Assembly (NCBI RefSeq): GCF_026571515.1 | Contig: NW_026865491.1 | Location: forward strand, 1 to 64,000 | Source: Ruditapes philippinarum | Lineage: Eukaryota | Direction: 5' to 3' | Length of the DNA: 64,000 nt | In this document: positions 1-11,858 of the stretch, piece after piece | Numbering within the stretch: position 1 is the first letter of the stretch | How the letters are laid out: each line of letters starts with the position of its first letter | Position numbers and translations under genes: made by a program | Notes under the pieces: model-generated | Told to the model about the DNA's origin: nothing | What the model saw: only the letters and a program-made list of their open reading frames with translations | Database searches by the model: none

Positions 1-223
1 CAATATGATCAGAAACAACAGAGCAAGGTCAACAGTCTGACGTCAAAAACAGCGTCTCTAGAATCACAGGTGCGAAACCACACTAATGAAATAAACGGTC
101 TCCAAACCAGATTGCTGATCGAGCAGTCTAAAGTGAGTAAGGTGGACAAAGATATCACAGTCGTGCACGATGCTCTTGCACAGTTTAGGAAAACAACCCT
201 GCCCAAAATGAACCAAATAGACA
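1..223 (+). CDS. gene A internal exon (5'-incomplete)
   Basis: Frame 1 open from base 1; donor A|GTATGT at 224, phase 1. Confidence 0.8.
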
Positions 224-2022
224 GTATGTATAAACCATATTCAAATTTTCTTATTGCTGTTATTATGTTTTTAATGTTCGTTTTTTTATTCATTTTTTCA
301 GGAAATTATTCTTTTAAATATTGAACCATTTTAAAAATTTCAGTAACACTTAGTGGAGCTGGACTGTTTGATAAAATACGACAAATTTATCATATAATAA
401 TTCAATACATTTTTTTTTTTCATAGGGCTTACACAGCTAACTCAACTTAATATTTATCTTGAGGCATTATAATGACTTAAATTGGTTTTTACTTTTTTAT
501 CATATCGCATTATTTTCCTATATTGCTATGATTCTGAAAAAACTGCCTTCGTTTTATGCTAACTCTATAGTATATAACTTAAAGAAACTCCACTAAGGTC
601 AAAACGTCTAAAAGAAAAATGAAAATATAAATTTTACAAAAATCAAAAGACGTACGTGAGATGAAAAACAAAACTGCTAAGGATAGTAATGAAATATTCA
701 GAATTCAATTGAAAACCGTAAGATAGTGCAATTTTTAGTCCGATTTGAGTGAAAAGAGTTACAACATTTGCACAATAAAAAATAATTTAGCCGCGTCACG
801 ACAAAACCAACATAATGGGTTTGCGACCAGCATGGATCCAGACCAGCCTGCGCATCCGCGCATTCTGATCAGGATCCATGCTGTTCGCTATCAGTTTCTC
901 TACTTGTTATACGGTTTGTAAGCGAACATCATTGATCCTGATCAGACTGCGCGGATGCGCAGGCTGGTCTGGATCCATGCTGGTCGCAAACGCACTATGA
1001 TGGGTTTTGTCGTGACGCGGCTAAATTATTCTGGTAAAACGGGGTGAGAAACAAATTATTGGTTTAGACCAACATCTGACAGTATACAAATCCGGGAATA
1101 TTTCCAGTCCCGTCATGTCGAAATGAATCAGTGGAGTCCCTTTAACTTAAGTCATTTTATCATATATTGTCAATCGATGATGACGTGTCGATGATGACAC
1201 TGATTTAAGTGGGAAAATGTAATACATGTATATTATAATATATTCAAGTGTTTTGTTGAAAACGTATTTTGATATGTGGTGCTCAATATGTTTTAAGTAA
1301 CACGATAAGTCTGAATACACCGATGAATTGTGTATTGCATAATTATATGAAATTTATCAAGTGACGCAAGTAAAATGGAAAAATCTGCTAAGTTTAATAA
1401 TAAATACCCTCAGACCAATAGGTAGTGCAATTCTGTGATAAGCGTTGCAAGGCATTAATGAGCCGCGTCACGACAAAACCAACATAATGGGTTTGCGACC
1501 AGCATGGACCCAGACCAGCCTGCGCATCCGCGCAGTCTGATCAGGATCCATGATGTTCGCTTACAAACCCTATAGCAAGTAGAGAAACTGATAGCGAACA
1601 GCATGGATCCTGATCAGACTGCGCGGATGCGCAGGCTGGTCTGGATCCATGCTGGTCGCAAACGCATTGCGTTAGTTTTGTCGTGACGCGGCTCATTTCT
1701 TTTTTGGGTCATTTTGCACAATAAAAATAATCATTCTGGTAAAATGGGATTAGGAAACGACCTGAAAACTTGCATATACAAGTTATTGATTTAGACCTTT
1801 ATCAAATGGAACACAAGTCTTGGAAAATCTTTCCAGTCAAATTATGCAAAGGAACATCATTGTAAGAGCGTTACACGAGAGACAAAGTGTTTAAAATGAT
1901 AATATCTTTAATACGTATTGTCTTACTATAAAAGCAGCAATTTTGAATAAATGAAATGATTTATTGATTAATTAATTAGTAAATTAATTAATTAATTAAT
2001 TAATTAATTATTAATTTATTAT

Positions 2023-2055
<33 letters not shown>

Positions 2056-3245
2056 TATATCTATTTAATAATCTAAATATACTTCATCGTTAATGGACAT
2101 CACCAAGTACTTAGTACTTATTGATATTTTCTGAGATTTCAGTTTAGAGCCATAATTACGAATACAATAGATTTGTAACTTGTGCAAATACTACCAANNN
2201 NNNNNNNNNNNNNNNNNNNNNNNNNNNNNNNNNNNNNNNNNNNNNNNNNNNNNNNNNNNNNNNNNNNNNNNNNNNNNNNNNNNNNNNNNNNNNNNNNNNN
2301 NNNNNNNNNNNNNNNNNNNNNNNNNNNNNNNNNNNNNNNNNNNNNNNNNNNNNNNNNNNNNNNNNNNNNNNNNNNNNNNNNNNNNNAATTGTAACGCAAA
2401 GGGTTTTAAAATGTAACTATTTTACTTTTATTTACTAAAAGAACTGGAAAAATTATGAAGATATATATGTGGTCATTTTCCTCAAGGTGATGTCCAGAAA
2501 CTGACAACAAACTTGACCACCATCGATGCAAGTGTCAAGAGAGTAGCAAAGACGGCCTTTAATTTGGTGATGCAAGTAGGACAAGATAGTGCTAAACTTA
2601 CAAGCTTAGACACACAGGTAATTTAATGCAAGTAGGACAAGATAGTGCTAAACTTACAAGCTTAGACACACAGGTAATTTAATGCAAGTAGGACAAGATA
2701 GTGCTAAACTTACAGCCTTAGACACCAAGGTAATTTAAGTAATGTATATAAATGTTCCGGCAAATACTCCTTTATAAAGACGTGCAAATTCCAAAAATAA
2801 TTACATACATAGTTTGTTTTAATATACCACTATTAGAAGAGGTTTCATGCAGACACTTATATCACTTTACAAGTATATAACAAATGTGTGACACCAAGCT
2901 ATACTTATTGAACTGTAAATTATTAACCAGAACTTCATTGTTTGTTGTTATTTTTTTCATCTTTCGTACTAGTCAAACCAGCTGAAGACAGACGTTAAGA
3001 AAATAGAGACTGATCTAACATCACAGAAGAACGAAATAAGGAACATCCAGAGCGGAATGACTTCATTGAAAAATGCCATACCTCTAGCTGAGCTAACACA
3101 GATGAACAATAGCGTTCTTGACGTATTAAATGCAGTGTCTACTGGAAAAACACCAACCAAAAAGCAGCTTCAAGACCTTACACAGGCTATAACTGCTATC
3201 AAAAATAAACTTGGATCAATCAGCACTGGTCCCTCGTCCGGATAA
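1..3245 (+). CDS. 3' part of uncharacterised coiled-coil protein gene (gene A); exons <1-223, 2487-2617, 2973-3245
   Basis: Three open segments join in frame through GT-AG introns (phase 1, then 0) into QYDQKQQSKVNSLTSKTASLESQV...AIKNKLGSISTGPSSG*. Heptad-like composition. The 5' part lies outside the window, and the N gap in the first intron could hide an exon. Confidence 0.8.
788..1023. mobile_element. Foldback MITE family A copy 1 (GAGCC-type ends, 4-bp TSD; Sola-like, tentative)
   Basis: Near-complete palindrome (T)AGCCGCGTCACGACAAAACC...GGTTTTGTCGTGACGCGGCT(A); AATT duplicated at 784-787 and 1024-1027. Confidence 0.85.
1460..1694. mobile_element. Foldback MITE family A copy 2
   Basis: Same ~100-bp inverted arms; central part inverted relative to copy 1; flanks TAAT/ATTT are not an exact TSD. 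Confidence 0.85.
1963..2054. repeat. Compound microsatellite (ATTA)n/(ATTG)n
   Basis: Directly visible tetranucleotide runs. Confidence 0.9.
2198..2386. other. Assembly gap (189 N)
   Basis: Run of n. Confidence 1.
2487..2617 (+). CDS. gene A penultimate coding exon
   Basis: TTTTCCTCAAG| acceptor; (S)DVQKLTTNLTTIDASVKRVAKTAFNLVMQVGQDSAKLTSLDTQ; CAG|GTAATT donor. Confidence 0.8.
2570..2737 (+). repeat. 3 x 56-bp tandem repeat covering the 3' part of a gene A exon plus its donor
   Basis: Unit ATGCAAGTAGGACAAGATAGTGCTAAACTTACAAGCTTAGACACACAGGTAATTTA starts at 2570, 2626 and 2682; the third copy is diverged. Confidence 0.95.
2973..3245 (+). CDS. gene A last coding exon
   Basis: Polypyrimidine tract + TAG| acceptor, phase 0; SNQLKTDVKKIETDL...TGPSSG, TAA at 3243-3245. 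Confidence 0.8.
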   Translation, partial: SNQLKTDVKKIETDLTSQKNEIRNIQSGMTSLKNAIPLAELTQMNNSVLDVLNAVSTGKTPTKKQLQDLTQAITAIKNKLGSISTGPSSG

Positions 3246-6200
3246 GTGTCGACTGATGAATATTGTATAAGAAGTGGTATACCTAGCTTTAAAAGGAGAC
3301 AATTTGTTTAATTTATTACTACATATATTGTTGTCAAAATTATTACACAGAGTTAGACAAGGGATTTTTTTTTCGTTGTCTCAAAAACTGGTTTATCACC
3401 GCAATTTGAATTCTTTGGGCATTTAAAGAATAATGTAAGAATAATTCCGATTGTGACCAAGGGGATAAGGATTTATTTCAATATAATTTGAAACTTTGAC
3501 AGATAACTCTTCATTTTGATGTATAAAAATACTACTGCTGAATGGCTGATGTGACCCTATTTATTGAACAATAAGCTAAAACTTGATACTTAACATTCTC
3601 TTGAAAATATTTCAGCAGAAATACTTTAACGGTTATCTGTATTCGATTTTTTCATGATTGAATGCAATTTAGATTTTTGCAACCTTCGTTGGGAGAAGAT
3701 TACAGTATATAATTTGTCGATGAGTCTTTAAACCAATTATGCCTGTATCATTTTGATAAACAGTTTTTTCTCATGTTTCATTAAAAAAGAAGCCATATAA
3801 ATGGTATTGTTTCTTCGTTTGATTTGTTGTTATTTACCATACAGAAGAAGGAACAATTATATATATATAATACATAACATACATTTGTATAGGTATTGTA
3901 AACTACCGTACTTCATGTCATGTTATTGAAAAGATCTTATTAACGGAACAAAGTCCTTTGCAATATCCATCCAGTCACACAAACCCATCGGAAAGAAAGG
4001 CACCTAATAGGGTAAATATACTTGTTCAATCATTTAAATGTATTACCTGATTGGACATAGGCATGGTAAACAATGACCACTATTCAAATTAAAGTGAAAA
4101 AAAAACATGTTTCAAACAACTCTGAACAAAGTATGATCTAAAGAGATTAAAACTTGTAAAAAATGAAAGTTATCAAGGTATGATCTGAAATATGAATTCA
4201 TACTGTGATACTTGAACGCGACCGTTTGAAGATTATTTGGAAATATAAAGTATTCCACTAGAGCACATGCGTACTGTCTTGATTAAAACAACAATGTCAT
4301 AATAATGCCAATTTCCAATGATCATTGTTATTCGAGAGACTTTCTTTTATTTAATTTTTGAAACTTTGCTCTAATACAGAATCTACCAATCACTGCCAAT
4401 TAAAAAGATCAAATGGTTTGACGTATTACTTTTTTATTCACTTTGATAACTTGGTGGGAAATAACATGACATATATACGCGTTAAAATATGCAATTGGAG
4501 AAGATATGTATTGGACATGCTATTTTAACGTTTTAGTGATCCTTCCTTTAATGCTCAGCTTCTTATTGGCACATGCTAGTATTCTGTATTTGGTAAAGCA
4601 AAACTCTCCAGTCAGATCATACATGTTAACTTCAGAGCAATTGTATGTGAATATGCATGTAATCTTAGTTGAATGAGGGTATATCCGGCTTCAGTTAGAT
4701 ACAAGGAGTACCGGTCCCGAACATGTGACCGTCATGCCCGTATAAAGTTAATGTCGATTCAATAGGGGTATTCGCCAAAGAAACGATTTTTGAGCCAAGA
4801 AATAGGTCACATGGGAAAAACAACATACAACAAGTACAAATGTTGCTACAATGCAGCAATTGAGAAGCTCCGCGCAAAAAATGCGCTCATTACAGATACC
4901 TTACCAAATTATTCCTACATTCAGATTAAGTACTATTGTAGATTTTTTCCGAATGTTTTGTAAACCATTTTTGGCATAATTATACTTATCTTATGCACTG
5001 TCCATAATTAAAAAGAGGGGAAAGATATTTAATATAAAAAATGCTTTCACTGACGCCTACCTGGTAAGGAAAGTACTTCCATTGAATACAAACAATACTT
5101 ACAAGACTTGTAAATGTTATCTGACATGACTGTACTATGTTCTGTTTGTGTCACTACTGTAGTCAGTAACATAAGATGATAAAAATATCAAAGTCTGGTT
5201 TTTATTATTATAATTGTAACAAATATACAAATAGTAACCAAAGGGACTAATGTTATAATATAGTAGTATTACATGCATTTTTTGCATGTCAAATTAAAAA
5301 AAAATGGTTTCTTTCAATATTGAAAGTAGAACACACTCTGTAATGAAAAAATGGGATGAATTTCAAAAAGACCAAATTCAGGATTTTTTTTGTTTGTTGT
5401 ACACGCGTTACATGGTGATACAGTATTTATCAATATAATAGAAGACTTTTACCTGAATTTTAGGCAGGTATGAGGAAATTCACTAACAGCATCTTCGTGC
5501 GAGTCAAAGATATAAAAGCTATTTGACATTGGTAATATAAAAAAAAAGTATTGTTAATTGATTTATTGGGAGATCAAAATATACTTTTGTTGAATTGCAT
5601 AAAAAACATTACACTTCATGTTCAAACTGCAGATCAAAGTTTCTGTTGTTATAATGATATCTCTCTATAGCCAATGCTTAATGAGGGTCCATTCGCTCGT
5701 AAGGCCACAAAATGCAGCTTTCGTTGTCGAGTACGGACCCCCGGACATGTCACCAGTCATACCCTTAAAGCACAAAGTGGTATACTCTTCCAATAACGCA
5801 AATGAAATGTAACGTTATATACTAAAGTTTAATTATTTCAAAACAACCAATATATCAAACATTTAATTTCATAAATATAAATTAAGAATAATTATCAAAA
5901 GCAAAATTGTTAAAGTCTTATGCCTGAAATCTTCTTTATATTGACAAATTCGTTCACTAAGAGTATACTTGATATGCTGTGTGTAAATGTAATTCCAAAT
6001 GTAAGAAATTATAATTTCATGTACTACTAAAAAAGGGAAATAACAAATTTATAACCTAAGTGTCAAAAATCAGAACATTTATATTCGAATTCATGTTCAG
6101 CTGCGAATCACCAATATAGAAATCGAAAGTTCTTGAATGCAGATTTATTTTTAGCTGTAAATCGAAGGGATTTTTGGATCAAATCCGGGCCCATGGACAA

Positions 6201-7480
6201 AAAAATAGTAAACACAAATAGCTCCGAGCAATAACAATTGGCTATAGTATGTTTGTATGTAATTTATAAGAGTCCATCCGCCCGTTAAGACAAAAACGCA
6301 GCTTTAACTATCGAGTACGGACCCCGGACATCTCACCACACATGCCTTTAGATATTTGATTTTTAAGCAAAATGTGGTTATAATTTCAATATCTATCGAG
6401 TATAACAAAAGAAATGATTTTTAGCCGGAAGAAGTTCACTGTACAGCGGTCAATAAGCACATAAACGCACAGTATCTAGTGTCAATAAAGAAGGTGGTTT
6501 GCCCTGAAAAGAGCTATTCTGTTTGTGTCAGCAAAGCACAGAAGAAAACGTTACTTTATAACTTTTACTTAAATATATCGAATTTTTATTTTTTAAATAT
6601 CAAATGAATAACTCAATTAGGAAAATTTATTATCAAAATACATGTATGACATTGACAGTGTCACAAAACTGAAAGTTCTGCAGCTCGACCTGCCTTAATT
6701 CAAGGCGTAAATTTTATTCAGATTCGAAAAATAAAATAAAATGCAGACATGGGGATGCTTAAACAAAATGTTTAACTTATTAAGCTCTTTGTTCAAAGTT
6801 CTTCATTCTACTCACGCATGTTCTTTTTCTCAAACGTAGACGGCTGCCATTCCTTAATGAAAGAAGTAGACCACTACATTTGTAAATTTTTTGGAGCATT
6901 AAAAAGGACATGTGGAGCGTGTTATAATTACAAATATTATACTGCAGGCATGTGCGGTAAATCTATGATAACAAATATTCTTCTGAATAATTGGCTATAT
7001 TGGCTATTAATTGTTAAGAAAGAAATGAGTCAAATGCCTTATTCTCGAAGTTTTCAACATTAAATGCCTGACAATGCTCATTTGGGTTCAGAGTGTGTAC
7101 TGATTGTAATGATTGTAAATAATTATATGTGAGCCACAATCAGTGTTTATTTCTTTATACTTATAATCATTTATTATTAGACTCCATTATTAAAATTTCT
7201 GGGTGATTTTTTTAATGTCAACGGAAAAGAAATAAAACTATATCATTGTCTGTTTATCATTTAATGTTTTGATAAAATGAGTTTTCAAACCAATTTAATT
7301 AAAGGTTTGCAAGTCCTACAGTTAATTAAACTTTCAGTTTTGTGATATAAGTTCTGATAAACGGCTAGAAAAACAAACGAAGAAAAAAACTTAATGTTAT
7401 TAATAATAATAAAATCTTAATTCAAGAAGGTAACGTATAAGTGTACAGAGTTAATAGAAAACTAAGATACATCTTATTTC

Positions 7481-7799
7481 ATGGTTACACGTTACTCTAA
7501 GGTCGGCCTGAGGTCATTTTTAGACTCTCACAAGTCCAAAATTTTCTTGGAGATGAGGGGGTCTGCAGACCCCCTTCACCACCCCCCCCCCTTAACAGCA
7601 GGGGGCACATACCCCCTGGCACCCCTTGATCTATCTATTTGATAGGGGGTGGCGCAAAAAATGAACACTTTTTTAAACTCCATTCCTCAAAACGAAAACA
7701 AGTGTTTGGGGTCTAAATAGGGCATTTTTTTTCTCTTTTTAGGCCTTTAAAGGGAAGTGAAAAGGCGTGAAAAGACGTCTATATGAAGTAATAGGTTAA
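7481..7799 (-). mobile_element. Diverged partial copy of the TTAA/CCC piggyBac-like MITE seen at 52801 and 53548
   Basis: Reverse-complement similarity (CTCACAAGTCCAAAATTTTCTTGG, ACAAGTGTTTGGGG); ends ATGAAGTAATAGG-TTAA. Confidence 0.7.
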
Positions 7800-8486
7800 A
7801 ATGGCCCTTTTTATTATCGCTTGAAAAGTAGCATAATATTTTGTTTTGGAACATTTCAGTATGTTTACGTACAAAATTCATGTGCGTTAGATAATAGACA
7901 TTCGAGAACTACCTATATTTTTGGCATCAAAAGAATTTCAATTGTTTATAAATGTTACCAAAAAATATTATTCGATATAGCTTTATACACTGTAATACTT
8001 TCAGAAAAGTAGTAACCTTAAAGATCCTGTATGTTCTAATTGAGGTTGTATACCACACTTAACTGAAATTATATAAATGTATATTATTATGCTTATAAAA
8101 CAATTTTCAAACATCGAAGAATATGTAAAATATGCATTGCAAATTTTTGTGAATATTATATGTTATCATTAAAATATATGCATTCATTTCTTACTGAAAA
8201 ACTTGACATAGACTTTTAAGAAAATAATTGTTATTACCTTCCTTTATTTGCATGAAAGGTTAAATTCGGTTATTGTTTTTTTTATAAATAATGATTTTTG
8301 GAACTTAAAAAAACGGATAAATCTTAATTTTGATCATCATATTTATTATATAAAACCATAAAAAATTGTGTTACAGAATCTTTAAGCTGGCATTATGTAA
8401 AAATTTTGTTTTCAAAATGTGCGTTACAACATTGTCCATTGACTGAGGCGTGCACGTCGCGGAGAAGGTACACAACAGGTCAATGT

Positions 8487-8796
8487 GGTGGTGTTTGCGG
8501 TTTTGGTAGTTTTTACTCCGAATCACGGCAGAAAGCCACATTGAATTTACAATGGTAAAGTTCAACCACCGCACCGTTCCTCGGCAGGCTGTCAAACAGT
8601 TTACCATTACTAGTTGCCTTCAGTTTCGCAAGGTACTGATAACTTCTGTACATGCAGAGCAGGGGAACAATGCGAATGACCTTAGAAAGGATTTCACGGT
8701 CTATCACAACGAAAGTGACTTGCGCCATCCGGGAATCAACCCGGGTCACCCGATTCACAATCCAACGCTCTACCTATTGAGCTAACCAGACGATAT
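8487..8796 (-). mobile_element. tRNA-derived SINE with Meta-like central domain
   Basis: Minus-strand head GGTTAGCTCAATAGGTAGAGCG...GGGTTGATTCCCGG (A/B boxes); (CAC)n-like tail; exact 12-bp TSD ACAGGTCAATGT at 8475-8486 and 8797-8808. Domain name is from recalled consensus. Confidence 0.8.
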
Positions 8797-8846
8797 ACAG
8801 GTCAATGTCAATTCATCCTAGGAACCATTGTCTTGACAACCTTAAA

Positions 8847-9795
8847 AGCTGCGGTCTCACTCCCGGCAGAGCCCAGGACCATCCCGGTAAGTTACCGGGA
8901 TGATCCGGGACGATCCGGGATGAAATTATCGTTGCGGTCACACGTACCCCGGCAGCACTACGGTAGTTCCGAAATAACCACCCAGGATGCGCTCCGGATC
9001 ATCCAGGCAGAGCCCAGGTGAAGCTACGGTTCATGCCGGTGCTTCCCCGGTCATTCCCGGATGACGCCGGAAGAGCCCCGGTTGACCCAGGCAGAGCCCC
9101 GGTCGATCCAGGCAGAGCCCAGGACGATCCAGGCAGAGCCCCGGTAGAACCCCGGTGGATTGAAAACGACCGAAAAAAATAACATTGATACATAATTTTT
9201 ATTTAATATAATATCTATTGTTCCAGAATAGTAATTCATGATGATTTTCTGAAAATTCCTTATGCCATACTGGATAGAAGGGAAATGGGAAGGATTTTAA
9301 TACAAACAATTGCAATCATCGCAAATTGTCGTTATTCTTTTGAAATGATCCGGGCTATGCCGGGGCTCTACCGGAATCAACCGTAGCTCTACCTTCATCC
9401 TCCGGGGCTCTGCCTGTAGTTACCGGGGCTCTGTCGGCATATACCGGGGCTCTACCGTAGCTCTACCGGCTATATCATACCCCGGATCATCCCCGGTTTG
9501 TGCCGGCAGAGCTACGGTGCTTCCCCGGTATAACCCCGGTCGTTCCCGGTAGAGCTAAGGAGGAAGCCGGCAAAGCTCTACCTTCCCGGATCATCCCGGA
9601 CCACCCCGGTGATATTAGATATTTTATTCTATCCGGGGTCGAATGCCGGATGTTCCCGGATCATCCTGGATCATCCCGGACGTTGCCGGCAGAGTTACGG
9701 ATGTACTCCGGTTGTTTCCGGTTGTACCCCGGTCGTTCCCGGATCACCCCGGACGTCTACCGGGGCTCTGCCGGGATGTAAGTGAGACTGTAGCT
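8847..9795. mobile_element. GC-rich MITE with CCGG-rich subterminal repeats (PIF/Harbinger-like, tentative)
   Basis: TIRs AGCTGCGGTCTCACT / AGTGAGACTGTAGCT; GGCAGAGCCC repeats on the left arm are mirrored by GGGCTCTGCC on the right; AT-rich centre; no clean TSD. Confidence 0.75.
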
Positions 9796-10584
9796 GTAGG
9801 AAGGAAACCGTTTCGTTTCGTTTGAAACAATGATGCCTTGGAAGTTTTGTCAACTACTTACCACCATATCGAACAAAGAAAGGGCTAGATTCTGCTGGAA
9901 AAGTCGCCGCTAATGTGAGGACCAGCGAGATATTTTAACCCATATGGTTAATTCATATATTAACTAAAGGTAATTCTTTTTTACTGAAACCGCTATGTGA
10001 GAGTGCGAATGTGCGTGTGCATCTATAAAATGAAAAAGGAATTAAAAATGTTTGAGATTGCAGATTACTTTGTGTATATTGTTTTTTGTAGAAGTCAAAG
10101 CTTTTAAACACCTTCCTGATGCAAACTGTTTATGTTATTTCTCCTAAAATGTACCTGTTGACTTAAACGCTCAAACATTTCAACATGCAATAATTGTAAG
10201 TGATGGAAGTGTATAATGCCTAATTACCTAAACTGTCATCTGTTCAAATAAACAATATAACAAATGAATATAAATGGAAACCGTAAATATCCGACAAAAA
10301 TAAGTTCCTGGTGTGCATGGTGCACACACGTGGTATTTTAAAGTACATTCATCCTTGTAAACAATAAGATATACATGTAACTTGTAATTACTGAAATATT
10401 TGTTTAAGAATTAAAAACCATAGAATTAGTGATCTGCAATGACTTAAATGTATACATGTATATACAGTCACATAATCAGTGGATAGTTTATACCATTCTC
10501 GAAGGTGATCATTTTATCATTCGGAAAAAGTTTCAGACATGCAGCACTGTTGACAAGAAACAACGATAACAATGCACTCATTAT

Positions 10585-11858
10585 TACGGAAGAGCATTAG
10601 TGCCAGGTGTATGTTTTTTATTAACTCGAAATTTCGAGTTACTAACTCGAAATTTCGACTTACTTATCTCGAAATTTCGAGTTACAAACTCGAAATTTCG
10701 ACTTAGTAACTCGAAATTTCGACTTATTAACATTACAAGAATGGCCAAAGTTATTAGTTAGATGGTATAAGATATAGTAGGCAGTGCCTTTGAACGATGG
10801 AGATGGAGAAACGGGTGCCTGGACAAAAACTATTGAAATTAAACTTAAACTTAGTAATGGCATGTACACACCCGACCTAAAAAAACAAGGCTTCCTTAAT
10901 TTGTACGTTCAGGCGTTCTTCAGACGTTGTATTGTATCCCATCTGTTCGAACATATCTTTTCACTAATCTTAATTCTTCTCATCCCTGTAAAAAAACCGA
11001 TCCTATACTTCACGTGTGGGACATCTGAGGAAAGTATCGTGGCGTGGCCAAAATAGGGCGTGCTGAGGCCTTTATCAAAATTGTTGGACTGACTATATTT
11101 CTTGTAAAATCGGATGCTTTTATATTATTCCCAACATTATATAACAACAAGTATCACTTTTATCAACTTTTATCAACACAATATCAAAGTATTAGTAAAT
11201 GATGAATAATGTTACAAAAACATTATTAGTATAAAGAAACGTGACAGACTAACTGGCGTATACACGCCAATTAAAACTTATTTAACACATGATATTGCAC
11301 ATGTAGTTTACAACAGGGTGGGTTTTGGACTTGTTGTTTCTCCACATGATGGTTGTATGTGTGCTTAAGAAAAAGAAACACCCGGTTAACACAGAAATGT
11401 GGAAAGTGTGATTTTACAACCCCCCCCCCCCCCTCCACAAAAAAGCGAAGGATATGTTCAGTATGTGTGGACAATTTGACCCTATAAAATTGTTCTGTTA
11501 AATAAATGTTAAAGGTGCTCTGTCAATGTGCAACAGCTATATACACACGAAAGAAAGTATCTTGAATTCAATCCTTGCTTTCACCGGCAACCAATGAAAG
11601 TCGTGCAATGTAAGTCGAAATTTCGAGTTAGTAAGTCGAAATTTCGAGTTAGTAAGTCGAAATTTCGAGTTAGTAAGTCGAAATTTCGAGATAAGTAACT
11701 CGAAATTTCGAGTTAGTAAGTCGAAATTTCGAGTTAGTAAGTCGAAATTTCGAGATAAGTAAGTCGAAATTTCGAGTTAGTAACTCGAAATTTCGAGTTA
11801 GTAACTCGAAATTTCGAGTTAATAAAAAACATACACCTGGCACTAATGCTCTTCCGTA
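10585..11858. mobile_element. Non-autonomous DNA transposon, IS3EU-like (TAC...GTA ends, 6-bp TSD)
   Basis: Perfect TIR TACGGAAGAGCATTAGTGCCAGGTGTATGTTTTTTATTAACTCGAAATTTCGAGTTAC; CATTAT at 10579-10584 and 11859-11864; 21-bp subterminal repeats containing the palindrome TCGAAATTTCGA. Confidence 0.85.

Noticed and set aside
2139-2416. ORFs made of X residues
   Set aside because: Artefacts of the N gap.
8722-8796. tRNA-His-like gene
   Set aside because: SINE head continuing into a body and tail bounded by a 12-bp TSD.
8833-9825. Pro/Gly/Arg-rich short ORFs
   Set aside because: They fall within the CCGG-rich repeats of a MITE; no protein motifs.
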